DNA of 64,000 bases from TPA_inf: Saccharomyces (GCA_000146045.2 BK006943.2:32001-96000); one strand, 5' to 3'; positions 31,805-42,611 are shown, counted from the first letter of the stretch. Made by a program: numbers and translations. The notes: a model not told the origin generated them from the letters alone.

Positions 31805-34800
31805 ATGGGTTCTTCAGATGTTTCAAGTCGTGAATGTTCATTGGTTTATAATGAAGATCCCGATTTCACCGATGGCACAACACCATGTGATCGGTTGGGA
31901 GTGGACTTGATGAATGTTCTAGATGACAAGGATGAAATAAAGCAAGAGTCTGTCCCAGTCTCAGATCGTGAAATTGAGGATACGGAATCCGATGCTTCCG
32001 CTGTTTCTTCATTTGCTAGCGCTAATGAGTTAATAGCTGAGCCACACGCTGCAAGTGAAACTAATCTTGGAACTAATGGTCAAGATGGAAGAAATGTCTT
32101 AGAACAACAAAGAGACGTGGTTGCTAGACTAATAGAAGAAAACAAGGAAACGCAAAAAGAGGGTGATAAAGTCTGTATTGTCCCCAAGGTTTGGTACGAT
32201 AAATTTTTCGACCCCGATGTTACCGATCCTGAAGATATAGGCCCTATTAATACACGCATGATTTGCAGAGACTTTGAAAATTTTGTGCTTGAGGATTACA
32301 ATAGATGTCCGTATCTGTCTATTGCAGAGCCTGTTTTCAATTTTCTATCAGAAATTTACGGCATGACAAGTGGCTCTTACCCAGTGGTAACTAATTTGGT
32401 TATCAACCAAACCACAGGGGAGTTAGAGACAGAATACAATAAATGGTTTTTCAGACTACATTACCTGACCGAAAAACAAGACGGGAGGAAAAGGAGGCAT
32501 GGCCAGGACGATTCAATAATGTACCTCTCGATGTCTGCGTTGAATTTAGTACGTGATTTGGTTGAAAAGAGTATGAATCTGTTTTTTGAGAAAGCTGATC
32601 ATCTAGACGTGAATGCGGTGGATTTTAAAATTTGGTTTGTGTCAGAGGGATCTGATATTGCCACAGATAGCAATGTTAGTACTTTTTTGAATTCTTCATA
32701 TGAAATAACTCCGCTTCAATTTCTCGAACTACCGATAAAGAAACTACTAATACCAGACATGTTTGAAAACCGTTTAGACAAGATAACTTCAAATCCGAGT
32801 GACCTTGTCATAGAAATTAAACCTATAGAAGGGAATCACCATTGGCCTTCAAACTATTTTGCTTATAATAAACTCGAACCAGCATCAGGTACTACTGGTT
32901 TGGTCAATTTGGGAAATACATGTTACATGAATTCTGCGTTGCAATGCCTGGTACACATTCCGCAGTTGCGTGATTATTTCCTTTATGATGGTTATGAAGA
33001 CGAAATCAATGAAGAAAATCCTCTTGGGTACCACGGCTATGTGGCTAGGGCATTTAGTGACTTGGTTCAGAAGTTGTTTCAAAACAGGATGAGCATAATG
33101 CAAAGAAATGCTGCTTTCCCCCCTTCAATGTTCAAATCCACTATCGGGCACTTTAATTCGATGTTTTCTGGTTATATGCAACAGGATTCTCAAGAATTTT
33201 TAGCCTTCCTGTTAGACAGTTTACATGAAGATTTGAACAGGATAATAAAGAAAGAATACACAGAAAAACCATCATTATCTCCTGGTGATGACGTGAATGA
33301 TTGGAATGTAGTCAAGAAACTGGCAGACGATACTTGGGAGATGCATTTAAAGAGAAATTGTTCCGTTATAACGGATTTATTTGTCGGGATGTACAAATCA
33401 ACGCTATATTGTCCCGAATGTCAAAATGTTTCTATAACGTTTGACCCGTATAATGATGTTACATTGCCGCTTCCGGTTGATACAGTGTGGGATAAAACTA
33501 TAAAAATTTTTCCCATGAACTCTCCACCACTTCTTCTTGAAGTTGAGTTAAGCAAATCGTCCACTTATATGGACTTGAAGAATTATGTTGGTAAAATGTC
33601 GGGCCTAGATCCAAATACACTATTTGGCTGTGAGATTTTCAGTAATCAAATCTATGTTAACTATGAGTCAACAGAGTCGAATGCTCAATTTTTAACCTTG
33701 CAGGAATTGATCAAACCTGCTGATGACGTTATTTTTTATGAATTACCAGTAACAAATGACAATGAAGTAATTGTTCCCGTATTGAATACTAGAATTGAAA
33801 AAGGCTACAAAAATGCAATGTTATTTGGAGTCCCTTTCTTTATTACGTTAAAAGAAGATGAATTGAATAATCCAGGTGCAATAAGAATGAAATTGCAAAA
33901 CAGGTTTGTCCATTTAAGTGGTGGGTATATCCCATTTCCTGAACCTGTAGGAAATCGAACCGATTTTGCTGATGCTTTTCCATTATTAGTAGAAAAATAT
34001 CCAGATGTTGAATTTGAACAATATAAAGATATACTACAGTATACGTCTATTAAGGTGACTGACAAGGATAAATCCTTTTTTTCCATCAAGATTCTGTCTG
34101 TAGAAAAAGAGCAGCAATTTGCTAGTAATAACCGAACAGGGCCTAATTTCTGGACCCCTATCTCCCAGTTAAACCTTGACAAAGCTACAGATATAGACGA
34201 TAAACTTGAAGATGTGGTGAAGGATATCTACAATTATTCATCCTTAGTAGATTGTGCTGAAGGGGTCCTTATGCAAGTGGATGATGAGGGAGATACCGAG
34301 GGTAGTGAAGCAAAGAATTTTTCCAAGCCCTTCCAATCGGGAGATGATGAAGAAAATAAAGAAACTGTAACAAATAATGAAAATGTAAATAATACTAATG
34401 ATCGGGATGAAGATATGGAACTAACAGATGATGTTGAAGAAGATGCAAGTACAGAGCCAGAATTAACAGATAAGCCAGAGGCGTTAGATAAAATTAAGGA
34501 TAGCTTGACTTCCACTCCGTTTGCGATTCTTTCTATGAATGATATTATTGTTTGTGAGTGGAGCGAATTGGGTTCAAATGAGGCATTTTCCGATGATAAA
34601 ATATATAACTGGGAAAATCCAGCTACTTTGCCTAACAAAGAGTTGGAGAACGCTAAGTTGGAAAGATCTAACGCTAAGGAAAGAACCATAACCTTGGACG
34701 ATTGTCTCCAATTATTTTCCAAACCAGAAATACTAGGATTAACCGATTCGTGGTACTGCCCTACATGCAAGGAACATCGTCAGGCTACCAAACAAATACA

Positions 34801-35569
34801 ACTTTGGAATACACCAGATATTCTGCTAATTCACCTTAAAAGGTTTGAAAGTCAAAGGTCTTTTAGCGATAAAATTGATGCCACGGTTAATTTCCCCATT
34901 ACAGATTTGGATCTGTCGAGGTACGTTGTCTATAAAGATGATCCCAGAGGTTTAATCTATGACCTGTATGCAGTAGATAACCACTATGGTGGTTTGGGTG
35001 GTGGGCACTATACCGCGTACGTAAAGAATTTTGCCGACAATAAATGGTACTATTTTGATGATTCTCGAGTAACTGAAACTGCGCCAGAAAATAGTATAGC
35101 TGGATCGGCTTATTTGCTATTTTACATTCGCCGTCATAAAGATGGCAATGGATTAGGCAGCTCTAAACTACAGGAAATAATCCAAAAGTCACGCCACGGA
35201 TATGATGAGCGTATCAAAAAGATATACGATGAACAGATGAAGTTGTATGAATTTAATAAGACTGACGAGGAGGAAGATGTTTCTGATGATATGATAGAAT
35301 GTAATGAAGATGTGCAGGCCCCTGAATATAGTAATCGTAGTTTGGAGGTTGGGCATATTGAAACTCAGGACTGCAACGACGAAGATGACAATGATGATGG
35401 TGAGAGGACAAATTCAGGTAGGAGAAAGTTAAGATTGTTGAAAAAAGTCTACAAGAATAATTCAGGCTTGGGTTCATCGAGTACGTCTGAAATATCTGAG
35501 GGATGCCCAGAAAACGAAGTCGCTGATTTGAATTTAAAAAATGGTGTGACACTAGAATCGCCAGAATAA
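31805..35569 (+). CDS. UBP12: Ubiquitin-specific protease (USP/UBP family), 1254 aa.
   Basis: Cys box GLVNLGNTCYMNSALQCL and His box YDLYAVDNHYGGLGGGHYTAYVKN. Long acidic insert. Size matches YJL197W. Confidence 0.92.
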   Translation: MGSSDVSSRECSLVYNEDPDFTDGTTPCDRLGVDLMNVLDDKDEIKQESVPVSDREIEDTESDASAVSSFASANELIAEPHAASETNLGTNGQDGRNVLEQQRDVVARLIEENKETQKEGDKVCIVPKVWYDKFFDPDVTDPEDIGPINTRMICRDFENFVLEDYNRCPYLSIAEPVFNFLSEIYGMTSGSYPVVTNLVINQTTGELETEYNKWFFRLHYLTEKQDGRKRRHGQDDSIMYLSMSALNLVRDLVEKSMNLFFEKADHLDVNAVDFKIWFVSEGSDIATDSNVSTFLNSSYEITPLQFLELPIKKLLIPDMFENRLDKITSNPSDLVIEIKPIEGNHHWPSNYFAYNKLEPASGTTGLVNLGNTCYMNSALQCLVHIPQLRDYFLYDGYEDEINEENPLGYHGYVARAFSDLVQKLFQNRMSIMQRNAAFPPSMFKSTIGHFNSMFSGYMQQDSQEFLAFLLDSLHEDLNRIIKKEYTEKPSLSPGDDVNDWNVVKKLADDTWEMHLKRNCSVITDLFVGMYKSTLYCPECQNVSITFDPYNDVTLPLPVDTVWDKTIKIFPMNSPPLLLEVELSKSSTYMDLKNYVGKMSGLDPNTLFGCEIFSNQIYVNYESTESNAQFLTLQELIKPADDVIFYELPVTNDNEVIVPVLNTRIEKGYKNAMLFGVPFFITLKEDELNNPGAIRMKLQNRFVHLSGGYIPFPEPVGNRTDFADAFPLLVEKYPDVEFEQYKDILQYTSIKVTDKDKSFFSIKILSVEKEQQFASNNRTGPNFWTPISQLNLDKATDIDDKLEDVVKDIYNYSSLVDCAEGVLMQVDDEGDTEGSEAKNFSKPFQSGDDEENKETVTNNENVNNTNDRDEDMELTDDVEEDASTEPELTDKPEALDKIKDSLTSTPFAILSMNDIIVCEWSELGSNEAFSDDKIYNWENPATLPNKELENAKLERSNAKERTITLDDCLQLFSKPEILGLTDSWYCPTCKEHRQATKQIQLWNTPDILLIHLKRFESQRSFSDKIDATVNFPITDLDLSRYVVYKDDPRGLIYDLYAVDNHYGGLGGGHYTAYVKNFADNKWYYFDDSRVTETAPENSIAGSAYLLFYIRRHKDGNGLGSSKLQEIIQKSRHGYDERIKKIYDEQMKLYEFNKTDEEEDVSDDMIECNEDVQAPEYSNRSLEVGHIETQDCNDEDDNDDGERTNSGRRKLRLLKKVYKNNSGLGSSSTSEISEGCPENEVADLNLKNGVTLESPE

Positions 35570-35849
35570 TGACATGAGTTTATATGATAGATAAAATTAA
35601 TAAATTTCCACATGTATAATACTTTTCAATCTTTTTCGCCTACTATTTACTGCCTAGGCTAATAAATTATATGTTTTTGTCCTGGGCGCGACATTCCAAA
35701 AAAAAAATAAAAAAGAAGAGAAAATACTGGCTTATGAATACAAAAATTACATAAACGAAGCAAAATGATTATTTCGAATAAAACAGTCTATATATAAGTC
35801 AAATACAAGATAGGAAGAAAAACAGAAAAAAACAAAACAGAAGGACTGG

Positions 35850-36782
35850 TTAATTGTTTTTGTTGATCTTCTTCTTACCACTAGCACTTCCACGTTTGTA
35901 AACCTCAATATAGAAAGAGATGAACAAAAACAAGTAGGATGTAAGAATGGCTGCACCAGCAGCAATAGCCGTCATTGAACCTAAGCAATCCTCACACTGT
36001 GGAGTACAAGCATTTTTGAAATATGCAGCAACAATCTTCTGATAAAGCACGTAATAAACGACAATGAGATCAAGCATGAACTGCACAATTTGTAGTCTTG
36101 TAACCCAGGCTTTCCACCAAACACGAATTCCGCTAGCAGAAAGGAAATAATACCAATACATAAGAACGTGAACAGCTAAGTTTAAGGTGACAGGAACCCA
36201 TGTAACTGCTGTGTAACCAACCAATTGATTATAGCACAGTAAAGCTGTAGCACCATGATGGTATGTATGTAGGAAAGTCAACTTTCTATGTTTCAACACC
36301 ATCAAGACAGTGTCTGCGAACTCCACAAACTTTGTCATATAGTTGAGATAATATAATGTCTCCATCGGTTGCGTCCACGATTCAACATTACAAACAGCAA
36401 AATACAGCCCATGGCGATACACTATGGGTAGCATCTGTTCCACCATCAAAATCAACCATAAAAAGGAAACAGAAGTCAACATCAAGTTATGGACTTGAGA
36501 AATAAATCTCAACTTGAGAGGTTTACATGACTTTACCAGGGACCTCCCGCCAAATATAACCACATAATACATGGCAATAAAAAGCAGTACCGGACGAGGT
36601 TCACTCAAAGGCTGCTTCCCAACGGTAAACTCAAAATCCTTTGGCTGGAAGCGACCTGCAGTGGCCCACCCAACCGCACGATTGAAATAGTCCCACAAAT
36701 AAATATTAAAAAAAGGCCTATCTATTGTTGGGCGAAACCTAGAGGCTTTCTCGAGGCAAAAATTTTTCCAATCACTTACCAT
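35850..36782 (-). CDS. ELO1: Fatty-acid elongase (ELO family), about 310 aa from the second ATG. The longest ORF starts at 36794.
   Basis: ELO-family HxxHH box (LHTYHHGATALLCY), multi-TM, C-terminal lysine-rich tail. The 314-aa ORF has a Met at codon 5, which gives the 310-aa ELO1 length as I recall it. Confidence 0.85.
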   Translation of the reverse strand: MVSDWKNFCLEKASRFRPTIDRPFFNIYLWDYFNRAVGWATAGRFQPKDFEFTVGKQPLSEPRPVLLFIAMYYVVIFGGRSLVKSCKPLKLRFISQVHNLMLTSVSFLWLILMVEQMLPIVYRHGLYFAVCNVESWTQPMETLYYLNYMTKFVEFADTVLMVLKHRKLTFLHTYHHGATALLCYNQLVGYTAVTWVPVTLNLAVHVLMYWYYFLSASGIRVWWKAWVTRLQIVQFMLDLIVVYYVLYQKIVAAYFKNACTPQCEDCLGSMTAIAAGAAILTSYLFLFISFYIEVYKRGSASGKKKINKNN

Positions 36783-37120
36783 ACTTGCTTGCAAATTTAG
36801 CTCTCAAGTTCCTTAAAATTGATAAGGTATCCTACCTTAATATTCATATCAGTTAGTCTTATATACTTCTACCTCTTTTTCTGGCTTCCTTTCTTTCCCT
36901 TATGTCCTTCGGTTTACTAATCCGTAAAGCCGACGCGGGTAAGCCAAGACCCTGAGTTTAGAACTAATATTTCGTCACGTCACGTAAGTGCAAGGTAATA
37001 AAAGCAGCAGAAATATCTGTAGTTTCAACAAAATATGTCTGGCTTGCGATTTGTTGTGTTTTGAAACTAGTTGCTAGTCTGCATTCCTTTGTTTTCCCTG
37101 AATTACCCAAAGAAGAAAGC

Positions 37121-37139
37121 GACGCGAGGCCTCACGCGT
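37121..37139. promoter_or_regulatory. MCB (MluI cell-cycle box) elements in the CDC6 promoter: GACGCGA, then an exact ACGCGT at 37134..37139.
   Basis: Exact ACGCGT about 200 bp upstream of the CDC6 ATG, with a second ACGCG core 13 bp away. CDC6 is a known late-M/G1 transcript. Confidence 0.6.
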
Positions 37140-37337
37140 CGGAGTTTCCAGATCAGGAAATTACCCACTTAGGAAATTGAGTTGGCTGGCAGAAAAGATA
37201 TAACGCCATCTTGAAAAATAGTATTAGTTAGTCTATTTTTTCATTTATATAGTAGAGGTATATTCTCTGGAAGAACAATTTTGGAATATTCAGAACACTG
37301 CGCTGCACTATTTTCATCAATAGTACCATATACGTTC

Positions 37338-38879
37338 ATGTCAGCTATACCAATAACTCCAACTAAGCGTATCAGAAGAAATCTATTTGACGATGCTCCA
37401 GCAACGCCTCCACGACCTTTGAAAAGAAAAAAGTTGCAGTTCACAGATGTTACACCAGAATCATCCCCAGAAAAACTGCAGTTTGGCTCACAGTCTATTT
37501 TTTTGAGGACAAAGGCACTTTTGCAGAAGTCATCTGAGCTAGTCAACTTGAATAGCAGCGATGGTGCATTGCCAGCAAGAACAGCAGAGTACGAACAAGT
37601 TATGAATTTTTTGGCGAAGGCAATTTCTGAACACAGGTCCGATTCACTGTACATCACGGGTCCGCCTGGCACTGGCAAGACTGCCCAGCTTGATATGATT
37701 ATAAGACAGAAGTTCCAGTCCCTCCCATTGTCGCTCTCCACGCCACGCTCGAAGGACGTGCTGAGACATACGAATCCGAACTTGCAGAATTTGTCCTGGT
37801 TTGAATTGCCCGATGGAAGGCTAGAATCCGTGGCGGTAACCAGTATTAATTGTATATCGTTGGGAGAGCCGTCCTCCATTTTCCAGAAGATTTTCGATTC
37901 CTTCCAAGATCTGAATGGCCCAACATTGCAAATAAAAAACATGCAGCATCTACAGAAGTTCTTAGAGCCTTATCATAAGAAAACTACGTTTGTGGTTGTG
38001 TTGGACGAGATGGACAGGCTATTGCATGCTAACACGAGCGAGACACAATCAGTTAGAACTATTCTTGAATTATTCCTTTTGGCGAAATTGCCTACTGTGA
38101 GTTTTGTGTTAATCGGTATGGCTAATAGTCTAGATATGAAAGATAGGTTTCTTTCCAGGTTAAATTTGGACAGAGGGTTGTTACCGCAAACTATAGTTTT
38201 TCAGCCATACACTGCTGAGCAAATGTATGAAATCGTCATTCAAAAAATGAGTAGTCTGCCCACTATTATCTTCCAACCGATGGCCATCAAATTCGCAGCA
38301 AAGAAGTGTGCTGGAAATACGGGTGACCTTCGAAAACTTTTTGATGTCTTAAGGGGAAGTATCGAAATCTATGAGTTAGAAAAGCGGTTTCTGCTTTCAC
38401 CAACAAGAGGATCATTGAACTCTGCGCAAGTTCCTTTGACGCCAACTACTTCTCCGGTAAAGAAATCGTATCCAGAACCACAAGGTAAAATAGGCTTGAA
38501 CTACATAGCCAAGGTCTTCTCAAAATTCGTGAACAATAATTCTACGAGAACGAGGATAGCCAAACTAAACATCCAGCAAAAATTAATTCTTTGCACCATA
38601 ATTCAATCACTGAAGCTAAATTCCGATGCTACAATCGACGAATCGTTTGATCATTATATCAAAGCGATAACAAAAACTGATACTTTAGCACCATTGCAGA
38701 GAAATGAATTTTTGGAAATCTGTACAATTTTAGAAACTTGTGGGCTGGTTTCAATCAAAAAGACAAAGTGTAAAGGGAAAACCAAGAGATTTGTTGATAA
38801 GATTGATGTTGATCTCGACATGCGAGAATTTTATGATGAGATGACCAAAATTTCAATTTTGAAACCTTTCCTTCACTAG
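37338..38879 (+). CDS. CDC6: Pre-replicative-complex AAA+ ATPase, 513 aa from MSAIPITP. The longest ORF starts at 37281.
   Basis: I recognise the N-terminus MSAIPITPTKRIRRNLFDDAPATPPRP, which carries CDK-type TP/SP sites. Walker A motif GPPGTGKT. The length from this Met is 513 aa. Synteny matches YJL194W. Confidence 0.9.
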   Translation: MSAIPITPTKRIRRNLFDDAPATPPRPLKRKKLQFTDVTPESSPEKLQFGSQSIFLRTKALLQKSSELVNLNSSDGALPARTAEYEQVMNFLAKAISEHRSDSLYITGPPGTGKTAQLDMIIRQKFQSLPLSLSTPRSKDVLRHTNPNLQNLSWFELPDGRLESVAVTSINCISLGEPSSIFQKIFDSFQDLNGPTLQIKNMQHLQKFLEPYHKKTTFVVVLDEMDRLLHANTSETQSVRTILELFLLAKLPTVSFVLIGMANSLDMKDRFLSRLNLDRGLLPQTIVFQPYTAEQMYEIVIQKMSSLPTIIFQPMAIKFAAKKCAGNTGDLRKLFDVLRGSIEIYELEKRFLLSPTRGSLNSAQVPLTPTTSPVKKSYPEPQGKIGLNYIAKVFSKFVNNNSTRTRIAKLNIQQKLILCTIIQSLKLNSDATIDESFDHYIKAITKTDTLAPLQRNEFLEICTILETCGLVSIKKTKCKGKTKRFVDKIDVDLDMREFYDEMTKISILKPFLH

Positions 38880-39365
38880 TCAGCTAATAGATTTATTTTT
38901 TCTTTTTTTTTTACAGTTCCACTTGCATCCCTCATTTTTCACATTCCTTTTTTTATAGAAAAGCATATCACTATATAAAAATTCTATTATAGTTGTAACA
39001 GCATAGCATATTATAGACTTTTTTTTTCTGGAAACGGTTAAACCGTTTGGCTGAGATGCAATGATATACGCAACATTGCATTCAAAGAAATTGCAAAAAA
39101 GACACAATAAAACGTAATTTGTACAAATATTTTACTATCATTAGCTACTGGATGCAGAATGGATGATTGTTAGGGGGAGGTGGGGTACAATTGTTTGTTT
39201 TTGATACATTTTCTCTTTCAAATCGCAACCAATTCACTCTGCTAATGTGATAACAATGGCGCCTGTCGGAAAGGTGAAAAAAAAAAAATGCAAACAAATA
39301 AATTGGCACGGTGTGACATATGCCTTCTATAATAATGAAGGAACTCGAAGAAAAAGGGGAAAACG

Positions 39366-40574
39366 ATGTTTCAACAGCTGTCGGCATCCATTAGGCACAA
39401 TGCACACATAATTTTTTTATGCATAAGTTGGTATTTTATTTCATCGTTGGCATCTCAGGTAACGAAGCAGGTACTAACGGTTTGCCCATTACCACTTTTT
39501 TTGGGTGAGTTTCAGTTCATTTATACTGCTGTGCTAGCATGGTTTACGTGTTATATTGCATATAGTTTCCCAGGATTCTATCGCATATTTCCTAATGGTA
39601 CTTTTCCGGAATATTATATCGACGACAGAGAAACTAGCCGTGCAGCTAGGAAAGAATCAAAACTATCCTCCCTCATTATACCGCCCTCTAAACCAATCCT
39701 GCAAACAGTTCTACCTTTAGGTCTTTTCCAATTTGTAGGGAAATATTTTGGGCATACAGCTACCTCTTTGGTGCCTGTTTCCACGGTTGCAAGTATAAAA
39801 ACGCTATCCCCCATGTTTATCCTTTTGCTCCAAAAGATTTTGAAAATATCCACTTTGAAAATTACTTTAACTCTTATCTTTAGTTTATGCACTTTAGTTC
39901 TTGGAGTTTGGATTATAGTTCAAGAAGATAATCGTTCACCGGCCTCTTCCAATGAGCTGAGAGAATTCTCTAAATACGGCGTAATATGCGCTATGATATC
40001 AATGTTCATTTTTGTCTTGCAAAATATATATGGCAAGACCGTGTTCACGTACAGATCTCAAACAGATGAATCTCAAAGTAATTCTGGATTCTCACGGCAA
40101 GAATCACCTTTACCCTTATATGAAAAGTTGGATGAGAAACTTGTTGCGAAAAAGAAACCTAAATCATATGACAAATTGACTTTAATGATTTATATTTCCC
40201 TTGTTGGATTTTGTTTATCGTTTGGCTGGTTTATCACTCTAGAATTTCCTGTACTATTTAGGTATTTTTTTCAAATTAACAGCTCTTCTACAGTAATAAA
40301 AGCTTTTCCAGTCTCTTTATTTTTACTGAACGGGACATTCCACTTCATTCAGGCAATGATTACATTTCATTTACTGGGTGAGGTCTCAACTTTAACATAT
40401 TCAATAGCGAATCTGATGAAGCGCTTTGCCATTATTGCGGTTAGTTGGGTCTTTATTGGAAGAAGAATTACTTGGCTGCAAGTGTTCGGTTTGGTTCTGA
40501 ACACATTAGGGTTATTCCTTTATGAAAGATGCACATCACAATCGAAAATAAAAGCGAAAATACGTCCTGAGTAG
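39366..40574 (+). CDS. YJL193W: Multi-pass membrane protein, 402 aa, of the triose-phosphate / nucleotide-sugar transporter (TPT/DMT) type.
   Basis: About 8-10 predicted hydrophobic TM segments. Position matches YJL193W. Family assignment is from memory of the annotation. Confidence 0.75.
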   Translation: MFQQLSASIRHNAHIIFLCISWYFISSLASQVTKQVLTVCPLPLFLGEFQFIYTAVLAWFTCYIAYSFPGFYRIFPNGTFPEYYIDDRETSRAARKESKLSSLIIPPSKPILQTVLPLGLFQFVGKYFGHTATSLVPVSTVASIKTLSPMFILLLQKILKISTLKITLTLIFSLCTLVLGVWIIVQEDNRSPASSNELREFSKYGVICAMISMFIFVLQNIYGKTVFTYRSQTDESQSNSGFSRQESPLPLYEKLDEKLVAKKKPKSYDKLTLMIYISLVGFCLSFGWFITLEFPVLFRYFFQINSSSTVIKAFPVSLFLLNGTFHFIQAMITFHLLGEVSTLTYSIANLMKRFAIIAVSWVFIGRRITWLQVFGLVLNTLGLFLYERCTSQSKIKAKIRPE

Positions 40575-40709
40575 TTTAACATGATAGAATATAAATGCAA
40601 ATAATATTTATTCCCTTTAGGAAATACGGGTGTTTTGAATTTACTTATCTGTACCATACATAAAATTTACATATAATAATAGAATCTTTATCAACACATA
40701 ATAGTCACT

Positions 40710-41414
40710 CTACTTTGAGGCAACGGCAGCATACTTTTCTCTTTGTTTTCTTTTTGCCTCCTCTCTGATGGCTCGAGCTGTTTCGGGGTCCAACTTTTCT
40801 ACTATGATTGGGAAAACGACAAGGGCAATTAAGGTAATAACGCCCGCCAGTTTCCAACGTGAGTTCAAAATATTACCCACAATACCTGTAGAAAAGATAC
40901 TGACGTTTCTAGCCTGTAAATAAGATCTAATCGGGGCCTTATGTAAAAGCTCCACTGTAATATAAGGGTGCACCTTCATAGATTGTAATTTTTCTGGGTA
41001 CGTTATATCTTTGGATGGGAAATATTCTCTTCCAAAAAAGTTCTTGAACGCGTTCAATTGTAAGGTGCCATTCTCTAAATTCTTGAATTCAATAAGAATT
41101 CTGTTTGGCTTCAGATTGAAGTCCATAGATGCTGGGTACATCACATAGTATGTCGTTTCATTAACACCGTCGTTTAAAGGGAGATTAGCGAATTCAAAGT
41201 TGCCTTCGTCATCTTGAAACATGGTCGTAGATGTGTAAGGATATTCTGTCGAAAAATTGCCGATCTGATAAAGTTTGAAACTTGTTCTAGTTGAAACAAA
41301 GCCGGTGATGTTACTTGCTGCTAAGTCTAAGCGACCCTTAATGGTCCCTCTCCTGGCCGTAGCACTGGCGACATAAATAAATGCACTGAGTAAAAGAACA
41401 ATCTGTGAAAACAT
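40710..41414 (-). CDS. SOP4: ER membrane protein, about 234 aa. N-terminal signal peptide and a C-terminal TM segment followed by a basic tail.
   Basis: Signal-peptide-like N-terminus (MFSQIVLLLSAFIYVASA) and C-terminal TM (GVITLIALVVFPIIV). Size and synteny match YJL192C. The longest ORF starts two codons earlier, at 41420. Confidence 0.8.
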   Translation of the reverse strand: MFSQIVLLLSAFIYVASATARRGTIKGRLDLAASNITGFVSTRTSFKLYQIGNFSTEYPYTSTTMFQDDEGNFEFANLPLNDGVNETTYYVMYPASMDFNLKPNRILIEFKNLENGTLQLNAFKNFFGREYFPSKDITYPEKLQSMKVHPYITVELLHKAPIRSYLQARNVSIFSTGIVGNILNSRWKLAGVITLIALVVFPIIVEKLDPETARAIREEAKRKQREKYAAVASK

Positions 41415-41786
41415 CGTCACACTGCTCTTTCACTTGTTGATCAAATTTACTTTGATGATATTTAATGGCTTGACAAATTCGTTCATCTTAATTTCATACA
41501 TAATTTCATCCTGAAATCCTCGATCATTTTCGAGACTGTTTTTCGAGCTTGATTTTATATGTGGTGTAAACACATCATTGTACATCCTTGCACCACACTG
41601 AAAAGAATATGGAAAAAATTTCAAACTTTTTAATGGGTGATAGACTTGAAAAACAAAACGGAATAAAAGATATAGTCGCAAGAACTTGCCTTCTACGAGT
41701 ATAAAAGCGGTACTATTCCTTCTGTATGCATCTTCATCGCAAGAGAGAAAAAGACTGAAATCAACAACTCCCAATAACAATTAAGA

Positions 41787-42611
41787 ATGGCTAACGGTAC
41801 GTGAAAGGGGTGATATCCTGTTTAAAACCATTTAGTTATTCTTTTTTTCAGATGGAGACTGTGATCGGGTAGCGCATGATGTTATTATTGGAATTTTATT
41901 TTTTTTGCAACTTTGAAGCACTCCTAACTATATTGCAATAGTGTTATGAGATGCTACTTATGTTTGTAAGGCCATGAAATTCTGTAATACGGAGTTAAAA
42001 TTTCTGCAATAAAGCACTTCAATGCTATTGTGTTATAGAGGCTCTGCGCTCACCCTTAATACTGTATCATCTGTAATAAAGAATGTTTATCTTAAAAGGA
42101 TTGTAACTAAATGGTTGTTAGATAGTGACTCATTCGTTTATTTTTTAATAATCGAAAAAGCAGAAGTTCTGTTTACTAACAACTATACCTCTTATCATGT
42201 ATAGACCTTGTTCAAGCTCGCGATAACTCTCAAGTCTTTGGTGTTGCCAGAATCTACGCCTCCTTTAACGATACCTTTGTACATGTTACCGATTTATCTG
42301 GTAAGGAAACTATCGCCAGAGTTACTGGTGGTATGAAAGTCAAGGCCGACAGAGACGAATCATCTCCATACGCTGCTATGTTGGCTGCCCAAGATGTTGC
42401 CGCTAAGTGTAAGGAAGTCGGTATCACTGCCGTTCACGTTAAGATCAGAGCTACTGGTGGTACCAGAACCAAGACCCCAGGACCAGGTGGTCAAGCCGCT
42501 TTGAGAGCTTTGGCCAGATCTGGTTTGAGGATTGGCCGTATCGAAGACGTTACTCCAGTCCCATCAGACTCCACCAGAAAGAAGGGTGGTAGAAGAGGTA
42601 GAAGATTATGA
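41787..42611 (+). CDS. RPS14B: Ribosomal protein S14 (uS11), B copy, 138 aa: join(41787..41796, 42205..42611), with a 408-nt intron.
   Basis: Exon 1 is ATGGCTAACG, followed by the 5' splice site GTACGT at 41797. Branchpoint TACTAAC at 42174..42180. 3' splice site TATAG ends at 42204. The spliced product is [39 protein letters not shown]...RRGRRL. Confidence 0.92.

Noticed and set aside
41797-42204. Possible intron-encoded snoRNA in the RPS14B or RPL39 introns
   Set aside because: I searched both introns by eye for C-box (RUGAUGA) and D-box (CUGA) pairs with terminal stems, and for H/ACA hairpins. I found only isolated, wrongly ordered motifs, and no convincing snoRNA.
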